Below the pieces are notes generated by a model, which searched no databases, was not told the origin of the DNA, and saw nothing but the letters and a program-made list of their open reading frames with translations. From NCBI GenBank assembly GCA_964252035.1, contig CAXUOO010000189.1: DNA of 64,000 nt; one strand, given 5' to 3'. How positions within the stretch are numbered: the first letter of the stretch is position 1; each line of letters opens with the position of its first letter. Shown here piece by piece: positions 53,308 to 64,000 of this stretch. This DNA is from Podarcis erhardii. Taxonomy: Eukaryota. The position numbers and the translations under genes are program-made.

Positions 53308-56300
53308 ATGGAGACATTTTCAGAAGATAAACCCTCAGCAAGCTCCCCGCTGGTCACTCCTCGGTGCCTATCCAGTTCGTCGATGCCTCGTCGACGACGC
53401 CTTTCTACCTGTGTACCGCCAGAATCCCTTTCAAATTCTGTTAGCGATAACCTCGGAGGAAGCCAATCAGGTCCAAAAAGCTCTCTTTTACTTTCTGAGA
53501 CAAACGTTTCCACTGATACAACGGTCCTCGATGATTTGACGAGGAAAATTTGTTGGACAAAGAAGTCTACAGTGAAAAGGTTGTCAGCAGATCGATGCTT
53601 TCCCGGAGCTGCAGCCTGCGGCAAGGTGGAGGAAGCGGAGATCCAGCATTACGTCCCAGCGGACGTCGTTGAAAGCGATGTGAAGTCCAAGGAGATTGAA
53701 GAAGTTGTTACGTCCGGAATAGGCTCCATTGGCGTGCAATCTAAAGTTCATTCGGAAAAGGCGCCTTTACAAAAGAGCGCATCAAGGGTTGTCAAGGCGT
53801 CTGATACACAGGGCGTCCATACAAACGAGGTATTTAAAGTCAATGCTGCTTGCTCGAGCGGTGTTGGCGCATACCCAGAAGCTTCGTCTGGTGTTACCCA
53901 ACCTCAATTTAAAACAGGCTTGCGTCATTCACGCTTGCAAAAAGTTCGTACCCTTGTAAAGCACTTGTACTTCCTGCTTCCTGCTCTTTCAAGCATCGCA
54001 ATGCTTCATTCGCTTTGGTATCCACTGCTTCCGATATGCATTCGGAGCTACACCGACCAGCTTATTCCGTCCCGCATCATCTTCACTTCTCAAAACCCGC
54101 CCCTCCACGCTTTTCACACTAGCGTGCAGAGTCCTTTCGATACCACCTCTACTAATGGCAAACACTCGCGAAATCAACAATATGATCATGGGAATTTGGA
54201 CAAAATTGTCCAAGCTGCGAACCCAGCTGCAAGTGGAACATCAAGTTTATCTTGGTATTCCGCTGAAGCGCTAAAGGGCGAGTTTCCACAATACGCAGCA
54301 CATAGCGTTCCCACGCCTGCTGCGCTCATCGCTCACTCTAATGAATTTAAGAAAGAAATAATTCGCGTGGTAGAGGACGTGTACGTCGCTGTCGGATACG
54401 GCTTGGCAAACTGTGTGATTGTGAATGCGACAGAGGGTCTAGTGATCATTGACGCAATGGAAAGCACTGCCACAATGAGCGCTGTTTGGGACGCGTGGCG
54501 GCAATTGCCCTACAGCGACAAGCCAGTGAAAGCTCTCATATACACTCACTTTCATACAGATCATGTATTTGGAGCCGCTGCAGTGGTTCAACCAAATGTA
54601 ACTGAAATCCATGCGTACTGGCTCACTGATGCAGAGATGAGCAAAGTGTTTACACTCACAGCAGGTTCGACTTACAGACGCTCAATGAGACAATTCGGTG
54701 TATTCATTGACTCCCCAGATTTTGTAAACGCTGGAATAGGTCCTACATTACACTACAGCAGCAACGAAGAGATTGGTACCGTGCTGCCTACGCATATCAT
54801 GCGTGAGGAGAGGAAAACTCTGCATATTGCGGGTGTTTCAATTGAGCTGATTCACGCTCCTGGAGAAAGCAAAGACCAACTTGTCGTATGGCTGAAAGAG
54901 AAAAAACTGCTCGTAGGCGCCGATAACTTGTACAAATCCTTTCCAAACATCTACGCCATACGGGGAACAGAGACGCGCGATTGCAACGATTGGATAGCTT
55001 CGCTTGATCTTATGCGTTCTCTTGAACCTGAGCACTTAGTCTTAGGTCACACCCGTCCGCTCGCGGGGAAAGACTATATAAATGCAACGTTGATGGCTTA
55101 CCGAGATGCCATACAATTCATACATGACCAGACTGTACGGTTCATGAACAAGGGTTACTACGCAAACGACATTGCACATATCATAAAGCTTCCGCCGCAT
55201 CTAGCTTCTCACCCCTTCTTACAACCTTTTTACGGAACCGTTCCGTGGGCTGTGAAGGCGATTTTCACACAATATGTCGGGTGGTATAGCGGCAACCCAG
55301 AAGACCTTGCTGTCGTGAGCACACGAGAGAAAGCTGAGCTTTTACTCAGTTTGGCGGGAAGCCTCCAAAACCTTTTAGCTCATGCACTCAAAAATTTGAG
55401 AGAAGATCGAGTTCAACAAGCTCTTGAACTTGCTAGTGCTGCTCATATTATAGCACCGCAATCTGAGGAGGCAAAGACTCTGAGAATACTCGCTCTCAGA
55501 GCTTGCGCTGCTAAACAAGAAGCGGCCACAGGTGCGCGACGTATAGAAAGAATACTGGCAGGTCAGGGGGGGGGTTTATGTAAGTTTGAATCCAGCTCAA
55601 CCTAGCGATGCAAGCAACCTGTTGTAGGATAATGCAATTGCGCGTGAAGTTTTTTTTAGAATATACTCGAAGGCACTCTCCTGTCGACAGTACACAAGCA
55701 CCATTAAGCAAACTATATATATGATAAATCATGAAAACACACTCGTACAGAGTTAGTTTGAAAGGGAATCACAAACGCTGTTGTGCAACTAATGCAAAAA
55801 CGACACATGAAAAAGAAGGTTCATCGAAAAAAATGCACTTTGGCTCTTATGCTTCGCATCGAATTTCTTGTTTTTTTTTAGTGCGCCGTCAGGTCAAATC
55901 TCTTCCTTGCATGATGTTTCCAATTCTGACGTTTATGTGCATAGACTACAATCCAGTGCGATGCTAGAAGCATTTTACAGAGAGACGCCTGATATACCCG
56001 ACATTTACACCCGAGCGTACTAGTTAATTACTTCCATGTAATTGGACGGTGTGCAAGTTTACTGTAGCCGCATGCGGTTCAGATTTCTACGTGTGAAAAC
56101 CTGCTGTTAATCTGTGTCGACAGCTCTAGTTCTCTTCCCCTTTTTCCTGCCTGTGTTACTGCGGTGATGCTCAATGGTCATGTTACTGACACTATTTCAC
56201 TGAGGCGTTTGAGATTTTCGTTCTTTGTAAAGACATTTCCGAAGTTATGCTCACCGATTTTCTAGCTTCAGCACAGCAGCGTTGATAGTATTACACCATT

Positions 56301-57296
56301 GCGGATATCAACTGCACTATGGCATATTTGATGTTATTGTACACCCGTGAAACCTCACAGGCGGGACGACGTCTCTGCAGTTTGTCTAATAAGCCCCCGG
56401 ACTACTCAGTGATTGGTATGCAGTAGTGTATTCGGGTGTTCGAGCGGCGCTGAGGAACGAGAACCCAACTCAGCACTCTAGTAGAAGTGGAGAATTTTGT
56501 ATCGATTGGAAACAACTAACCTTGCAGCTGAAGCTGCCACAAACACTCCCTGCCCTAAACTGTCTATGTCATTTATGCTTGATTCGCGTTAAGATAGAAA
56601 GAATTCTTTTTTAGCAGGATCATACAACAGCAAAGCGTGCGCAGAAAAGCGTGCTGGTCGGATCTACAGGCGTACCAGAACGGGTCTGCTCATTGTGGTA
56701 TAATTCTACATGAATTCTCAATTTGTGGTGTCGAGCAGCTTACTAGTTGAGAGAGATGCCAAAACTTTGTAGAGCAGCCAAGGTTTAGATGAATCAACAG
56801 CGTCGACACATGAGTGTATGCGCGTATATGAATGTTTCAACAAGTTGTTTGAAAATGCATGTTTCGTTTGCTTTCTTCAGGTCGCAACTGGCTTTTGACT
56901 GCAGCCCTTGAATTGGAGGGAAGGGCGAATTTAAAGCTAAGTGACTCTCAGAAACGCGAAACCTTGTCGAAGCTATCCATGCAGCAAATGTTTGAATTGC
57001 TCCCAGTGCGGCTAGTAGCTGAGAAAGCACTCGACTTTTCTTGTATACTAGAATTCAAGTTTACTGACGTAAATGAGCGCTTATGTGTTCACTATCGCAA
57101 AGGTATAGCTTACCAGCGCTGGCCTTGCGAATCAGATCCTGACGCAATAGTGCAGAGCTCTAGGAATGTTTGGCTTGGCATTGTCAATAATGAAAGAAGT
57201 CTTCCCTTTGCAGTTCTAAAGGGAGATGTCAAGCTAAGTGGCTCGATTTTCACGTTGTTGAAAGCTCTACAATACGTGGAGCTTGATGCTGATTGA
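53308..57296 (+). CDS. sdsA: Alkyl/aryl sulfatase of the SdsA1/BDS1 family (metallo-beta-lactamase fold, dimerisation domain, SCP2-like C-terminal domain), 2 exons, about 879 aa
   Basis: Exon 1 53308-55531 and exon 2 56881-57296, joined by a phase-1 GT-AG intron giving EAATG|RNWLLTAALEL. Motifs: VGYGLANCVIV, VIIDAME, YTHFHTDH (HxHxDH), HAPGESKDQ, GADN, IYAIRGT..RD..DW, LGHTRP, YRDAIQFIHDQTVRFMNKG, FYGTVPWAVKAIFTQYVGWYSGNP. The C-terminal ...WLGIVNNERSLPFAVLKGDVKLSG resembles SCP2. Confidence 0.93.
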
Positions 57297-58030
57297 ACGG
57301 CACGTTCGGTCGTTCAGTGGCAGCAGATGAGAGACAAAGGCGGAGCACAAGCTCGCAGTCCGCAGATGTCTAGGTTCACCTTAGAACTTAAAAGAACGTT
57401 TCAAGTCGAAAGAATAGAAATCAATATCGGTGCACTTACTGCTCTAGCGCTTTCGCTATTAGAAATGCTGTAGGGGTCTGCTGCCTAAAATTAAGCGGCC
57501 GGTTCGATGAGTTGAAGTGATTTTATTTTGATGCATTGCAAAGTGTAAAATTCTTGAATTAGAAAAGAAACGAACTTGACCTCTTGAAAATTTCGAGGGA
57601 AGTTTGCTTGCGAGCTATCACAGCAAGAAGAGCTCTGCTACGCAATTTTCTCCCAATCCAGCATTCTCATAATGAAAGTTGCCGTTCTGTGGGTCAACAC
57701 TCAGCGTTACGATTTGTTGTGGATACTGGAGTTGTCCGTAGAGAGCCACTGCGAGGAACAGTCAGTAGATGCCGTTTGACGAAGCTTGGTATAACGTGGC
57801 TACACCGGATTATACAGCCGTTCTGGTTGTTTGAATAAATAGATTGAATTTTGCTTTGCAACCTTTGCCTTGTCAGCTCAAGTTTGCGTGCACATCTTTT
57901 TCTTGTACCATGCACAGGTCCATATAAAACTAAACGTACAAAGGTATTCCAATTTTGAACAATCGTCCAATAATTCTACTACTTTCTTGTTAACGAGGTG
58001 ATTTGTTAGTGTTGTGTTCCAGTGTTTCTT

Positions 58031-58233
58031 CCTCAAATTACACTAAAAACTACTTGGGCAGAGTTGACGCATTGGAAGTATAAACACTCCTTTCCTACGC
58101 TGAGAGCGTTGCTTGAACGTAGTCTTCAGCATTTTATCCTCAAAGTACACTGAAAACTGCTTAGACAGAGTTGACGTATTGGAAGTATAAACACTACTTT
58201 CCTACGCTGAGAGCGTTGCTTGAACGTAGTCTT
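58031..58233. repeat. Diverged tandem duplication, about 96-bp unit, 107-bp period
   Basis: CCTCAAA(T/G)TACACT(A/G)AAAACT...GGAAGTATAAACACT(C/A)CTTTCCTACGCTGAGAGCGTTGCTTGAACGTAGTCTT at 58031-58126 and 58138-58233, with several substitutions. Confidence 0.92.
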
Positions 58234-58668
58234 ATGCGAACAATCGTGTACGACAGAAAGTTTCACTCTTTTTACAGGCTTGCGTATGCGTAGCGTTCCA
58301 CAGGTTTACATCATGAGCAAGTGGAAAACAGTTGATTATAAACGCTATGTAGAGTATTACAAAGCGGACTACTTAGCTTGTATCTTCGATTTCTCCTCCT
58401 AGTCAGGCATGTGCATTGACAGTTGTGGTGCATACAACGTTTGGTGTGCTTTACCGGGCCAAGACTCCATTTTTATTGTACGATGTTGACTGAACAGCCA
58501 CACTAGGGGTTCGTTACAACGACAGTTACGACGATCGACGTCCGACGACGACAATCATTTCCTCACTGTGTAGACGATGACTGGTCCTTTCGAGCAATAA
58601 ATCCTTATTTTCAACAACGTATATATATATACTCACAAGCTCAGGAATCGCTCATGGATGCAAACTTA

Positions 58669-61600
58669 TCAAACAAGTTGAGGCTTGTCCTCTATGCGCA
58701 AAATAGAGAGAAATTCTTCTTCGGAGAAACTAAGGAGGCGCGCGGCCTCCATGTGCGCCTTTTGCTTCTTGAGAATGTCTATCAATTTCATTTGTTTTTT
58801 GAACCCTATTATGAGATCATTCCTCTGGCTTTGTAATCGCTTATTCTCTACTATGAGCTTGTCTATCTCCTTTTGTAGAGTTGAAGACTCGTCCTTGTTG
58901 CGGCTCGTATGATTCTGCAGCTTGTCTTTCAGGGATTGAGCTTCTTCTGTTAATCGATTCAACCGAACATCTTTACTGCTGAATTCCGCAGCAGTATTTT
59001 TGGCTGCTATTGCCAGCCTGGATTAGAAAACAAAAACCATCCAGAACAAACCATATAGATGGGAGACACGCGAACATATCATCGTGTGCGCAACTGTACA
59101 GCAGAAGGCAAGCATGTGGTTTTGAAGCCAGCTAGGATGTTCGGCACAATAATAAGCGTGCCTTTTACGAACGGGTTCATACGCATGCGATTCACCAACG
59201 CATTGTAATTTGAAGGGTTTTGATGAAAGTTGTCCAAGGAACTTCGATTTTGCTGTTCACGAGTGATCATGCATTCTGAAGCGGAATAGCATACCCGTCA
59301 GAATATCGCTAATTGTGCATCCGTATATCAGATATTCATGTATATATATATATATATATATATGTGGATTTGTTCATATGCGAGTTGTATGTTGTTGTAG
59401 AGTTGTACAATATGGTAATGGTTCTACGAAAATTACTTAAGGTAGAGGAAATAGCTTAAAAGGCTTACAGATTCGTCCGGATATCTGTTTATATATATAT
59501 ATATACATATATATATATGAAAATATCTATACAAAATTCTAGGACAGATACAACTTTAACGTCTCTATATTTATACATATATATATATAGTAGGATCTGC
59601 ACAAGCTCGTAAACACAAAATCCAATTTGAATGAATGACTATATAAAGAGTATATGAATATATATATTTATATGTATATATATATATGTTTATATTTATA
59701 TACATACATGCATATATCCGTACAAGCCTTACAGCATCAGGTTTGATTACAATCAAAAAAAGTGTACGCGCTCGCAGATTTTAGAATGAGCATCTGTATT
59801 GTACAACGCTTGTGAATTTGTGCTTTTCTTCTTGGCGGCAGGACACAGGTTTAGAATGGACATGATGCATCACACACGAATACAGGCGTCTTGTCGCTGG
59901 AAATTCACACGCGCGATACGATACGAGAAGAAGGCCGTCCACTCAGGTTGACTTTGCTTCTACACAATCACCTCTACGCACTCCCAATTAGGAAAAATTT
60001 TTCAAATATACCTCCGGCAACAGAGTCCCACCCTGCAAATGAAAGAGCTGAAGCTACAGCGGAAGTTGAAATCTAATCTTTGCAATTCCGTCGTGGTTTC
60101 CGCAAATAGGAAAATTAATACGAGTGTTCCTGAAAGTCGCCGTTTTGGCGTCTATGAATGAAAAGTTCAAGCAGAATGTTGAGTAGACTTTATCAGAAGT
60201 TGCAGCATGTTTTAGGGATTTGCAACTGCTGCAAAGAAAATTGCTTCTGCTTGAAAATCATGTGTTGCTGGCATGTCAGCCTAGTCTGCACTATTTTTAC
60301 CTACCCATCCGTTCAACTCTGCTTCAAGGATCTCTTCAATACATTATGCAAAATGTGCCCTTTTCGCAAAAAATCGACTAGTGACACACGCAGTTTCCTT
60401 CTGCTTCCTTCCTCGATATGCATGTCAAGACCCTTTACTGTGTGTAGAAGTTGCTGACTTTTTGTTGAATAGCAACCTTTTATACTGGCATTCCAGCGCT
60501 CACAAGAGACCAAGATTTTTGAAGCAAGAAGCTGGCGTTTTAGTGCTCCAGGAAGAAAGAACAATGAAGTGCTTGGAAACAAATTACTCAGTTACCTCTG
60601 ACCTGCAACGTTAACCGTGTGTTAGCACCACTTTCATTTTTCTCCTCAACATTTAACGCGAATAGACTTGATTTCACGAATGTTACACTCCTTCAATAAC
60701 GAGTTTTTCAAATATAGATCAAGCCATGAAATCTTAGGGGTCTCTCTCAAGAACTGAAGTCAAATACTTAGATCTAACTAGACGCTCAAATCAAAAGTAC
60801 AGAGAAAAAGCAACAAAGCAACACAACCTACTACATGTGTTGTGCGGCACGCACAGAACGGACTGCAAATGAATATATGACTATGGAGCGAACATGGCCG
60901 CCGTGACAACTTAAGATGCTCATCCCTCTTCTCCACTCCTACCTGTCATTTTCGGCCTGCAGTGTGCTCAGGCTATTTTCAAAGTCTCGGTATCTGCAGT
61001 ACATTCCGCATGCAATTTTTTCAGTCGATCAACTTGGCTTTGCAAGTTGTTAATATGTTTCTTCTGCTCCTCATTCTCCTCGATCAAGCATCGGTTTTCA
61101 CTTTTGCTTTGGTGGAGCTCTTCTTCGAGCCTCCGCATTTCTTTGAGCCTTGCGTCAAGTTCTTCTTGTAGGGACAGCATGCGGCTTCTCTGGATTCGCA
61201 TGGCAGAAGTCAAACTTTCTACTGTCTCACCGACAAGAAGCCCAGTTTTGCTCGATGCGCTGTGCGTTCTCCGATGGAATGTCCTCATGTACTCATCCCG
61301 CACTTTACTACCTACTGAACAGGCAACGTACGGATCCTTCAACACGGCTTCTCGCATTACAAGACCATGCCGTTTTGCGGCAGCCTCTTCGCTGGGTGCG
61401 CAGACGAAAAATCTTGCTTTTCACTGTGTTTTTGGTTTTCGCAAGAGGTGACGTCCAGATTGCCCAAAATACTGTTTTGCTTAGATAAAGGCGCAAATGC
61501 GGCTCCTTCAACCTGGTTTTTTGCGGAAGCCGCTGGAGATAGTTTGAGCGTGCCGTGCGAGCACGCCGCGAACTGCTTAATTTGCAACACTCTGCTTCAG

Positions 61601-61964
61601 AATATGCACGGCCGTTTGTAGACCCCGACGTGTGTAAAGAAGACGTTGCAATGCTTGACTGGTAATTGTTATCGACTGCTTCTTCACCTGAAATCTCTCG
61701 ATGAGAATCTGCAGCAGCAGACTTGGATCTGTTGCTTCCACCTGAGTAGTGCACAGGAAATTTCACTACTGTTTCAGCGGCCCTTGCCAAGTTTCTCGTC
61801 CGTTCCTCAGCAACAGCCAGCTTGTGTTTTTTTTGACTTTCTAATTCGTTGTTCAGTTGCAGTAGCTGTTGCTCCCTTATTCGGAAGTGGTCAAATGCTT
61901 CGGGGGGTAAACATGACGGCAGTAGAAAATCTGCTTCGGAAGAGCTGCTGTCTACATCTGCCAT
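58669..61964 (-). CDS. TEX9: Testis-expressed protein 9 (coiled-coil, centrosome/cilium-associated); apparent 1-nt frameshift at about 60995
   Basis: The last exon 59017-58669 encodes DVRLNRLTEEA...ENKRLQSQRNDLIIGFKKQMKLIDILKKQKAHMEAARLLSFSEEEF, the diagnostic TEX9 C-terminus. The middle exon (about 61391-60943) contains MRIQRSRMLSLQEELD. The first exon runs from ATG 61964 to a candidate donor at 61512 (uncertain). The frame breaks at about 60995; see findings. Confidence 0.88.
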
Positions 61965-63791
61965 CTTGTAAATGGGCCAGTTAGAGAAGTGACACACAAA
62001 GCAGTGCAAGTTGACCAGCTACAGCAGACTATGGCCCATAACTGCAGCTTTTAAAGAATATTTTTCAAAGGCTTGTTTCTTGTGTCTTAATTTGATAAGT
62101 GTATTGTTCGTTTGTGCCTGCGAAACCGAAACAAGTTATATCATATATAAAACCTGGAAGACACAAGTAAAAAAGCATTTTCGAGTTTGCATGAAGCGTG
62201 TTTCACAGTCGATGTCAGCTCTAGCGCTTCATTCATTTGTATGCGCCGCTTTGTCCTACGTATCAAGGTTGTTAATATATGTATACTACAACCATATAAG
62301 CTACTTAAAAAGGGCACATTTGATTATTTCAAACAATGCAGAGGTTGTGATCATGAGCCTACACATCATCACGTGATACTCAGTACAGATACGCATAACA
62401 AAATAAAAGTATATCCGGATCAACCCAATGTGTAGATCATAAAATGTATTATCGTAGAAAGCATGTGTAAACTTCTAAAAGGATCCACAGGAAGTCTCGC
62501 CAATCTGTTGAGAAAAAGCGCATGGCTTGAATGCAAGTGTTCATTCACACTGTTAAAGATTCAACCGAAAGTGTGCATAGACAAAAGCGAAAACTTGGTG
62601 TATCTTTACGTTTATTAAAATTGCTATTTGTGGCTTGTTTGTTTTTCAAATACACGTGCTGACGCGTACAAATTTTTCTTTCGTCGAGCGAATATACATG
62701 CAACCTGAATATGACTAATAACAGTCTCTGAGAATCTGGGCTAGAGCTTCACGAATATTTTTCCAGCAAGATACGAGGAGTGTGCTCTGCAAGGATAGAT
62801 GTCAAATAATTGTATAAGCCTATATCGCATATGTGCTTAGAAAATTTACATCTGTTGGGGAGTCTGGCCCCACCAATTAAAAAACATCCTCTGCTTGATC
62901 AGAGGAAGAGAGGCATCATTGTGAAAAGTATTTATACTTGATGTCATTTTATGACTTAAAAAAAATGTGTGCACAGGTTCATTTGCTCTATCGGATTTTA
63001 ATGAATCTGCTACGTATATTGGATTTGGCAGAGCGAGAACTGAGCCAACGACTTACTCGCAGGCCGCATTAATCGAACTAGCAAGTTCATTTCACTGTCA
63101 ATACAATGTCGCTTCTCAGCTGTATTTATTTGAATACGTTAGCGCTTGAGAAAAGCTAGTCTCTTTCCAGTCGTTAATATGGTACCGAAGCGTTCCCACC
63201 CCCCTACATTCAGCCTGCCATTTGCATGTGAAAAACACAGGAATAACCATGAAAACGAAGCGCAATACTTTTGCCGGGTATAACAACGTGTTATTTGCTT
63301 AGTGTCGTATCAGTATGCAAACCCGTACAAATATTTTACAGATGGGTTGCTTAAATGTAATGGCAAGGCAAGCAATCCTACTCATAATACTACTCTACTA
63401 CTCTCACCTCAAGACTCGAATAGCTGAAAATGCAAGTATCAACGGCTAGGAAACCACAGTCGAATACGGGGGAGCCTTTTCTGTCTATTAATTACGCTTA
63501 ATATCTACGCACGTTCAGCTGTGTTTACCCTTGTGTTACAAATTCATAGGTCTGTTGAACCATGCAAAAAGCCGATTTAGCGCTGTGAAAATGACGATGA
63601 AAACGATTCCTTATCTAAAGAGCAAATTCTTTTTCTTGAATTTCTCTGTTCCGATATAATCTGCGGATAGTAAACAAATTCCCTTGATGTTTGTCTCAGC
63701 ATCTTTCATCGTTGGATTTTTTTTGCACTGCGATCTGACTGTGATACCTCGGTTGTTCAAGAATACTTGAATCCACTTACTTATGTATAGC

Positions 63792-63826
<35 letters not shown>

Positions 63827-64000
63827 AATATATTTATGTATCCAGTTTATTCATGTATATACATGTGTGTAGAAAATATATGAACTTTCTAATTCACATG
63901 CGTGTTTGTGTAGATGATGTATGTATACGTGTCTAAGTCTACAAAGGGTGAATAGTCCATAAATACTTTCATTGCTTATGACTCGACCTCTACAGCAACG

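Noticed and set aside
52883-53624. Antisense ORFs 52883-53092, 52888-53265 and 53262-53624
   Set aside because: They are antisense to the sulfatase 5' region and show no recognisable domain.
61355-61359. TAATG stop-start overlap between ORFs 61357-61590 and 60968-61357, suggesting termination-reinitiation
   Set aside because: The downstream frame is already open from 61420 and has a good acceptor at 61392, so ordinary splicing explains the frame change.
62200-64000. Possible exon fragments (e.g. about 62978-63014 on +)
   Set aside because: Isolated splice-like signals with no supportable chain or motif within the window.
1-64000. tRNA/rRNA/snRNA genes, LTR or chromovirus elements, interstitial AAACCCT telomeric arrays
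   Set aside because: No cloverleaf, rRNA or RT/integrase signature was seen by eye, and AAACCCT occurs only as isolated words. tRNAscan, Infernal and RepeatMasker were not run.

Overview
Eukaryotic, intron-rich DNA with the hallmarks of a coccidian apicomplexan. The lineage call (Eimeriidae-like) is inferred from CAG/GCA-derived amino-acid runs, TGCATGCA octamers and (TA)n-filled introns. I manually spliced five recognisable genes: UCHL5/UCH37 deubiquitinase (-, 9 exons, 11705-100), TFIIE-beta (+, 7 exons, 23247-29996), a NIPA-family Mg2+ transporter (-, 47752 to about 36973, first intron GC-AG), a bacterial-type SdsA1/BDS1 alkyl sulfatase with a long N-terminal extension (+, 2 exons, 53308-57296) and TEX9 (-, 61964-58669, with an apparent 1-nt frameshift). 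Three lower-confidence orphan gene candidates lie at about 15.6-17.3 kb (+), 30.4-36.3 kb (-) and 49.8-52.2 kb (+). The window changes from repeat-rich (1-47 kb) to repeat-poor (48-64 kb). The most interesting items are the probable horizontally acquired alkyl sulfatase with a possible membrane anchor, a Cys/His-rich insert in TFIIE-beta, and the TEX9 frameshift. I found no rRNA, tRNA, CRISPR array or recognisable transposon. Most short ORFs in the supplied track are microsatellite or antisense artefacts. All family assignments come from motif recognition; no database searches were run.
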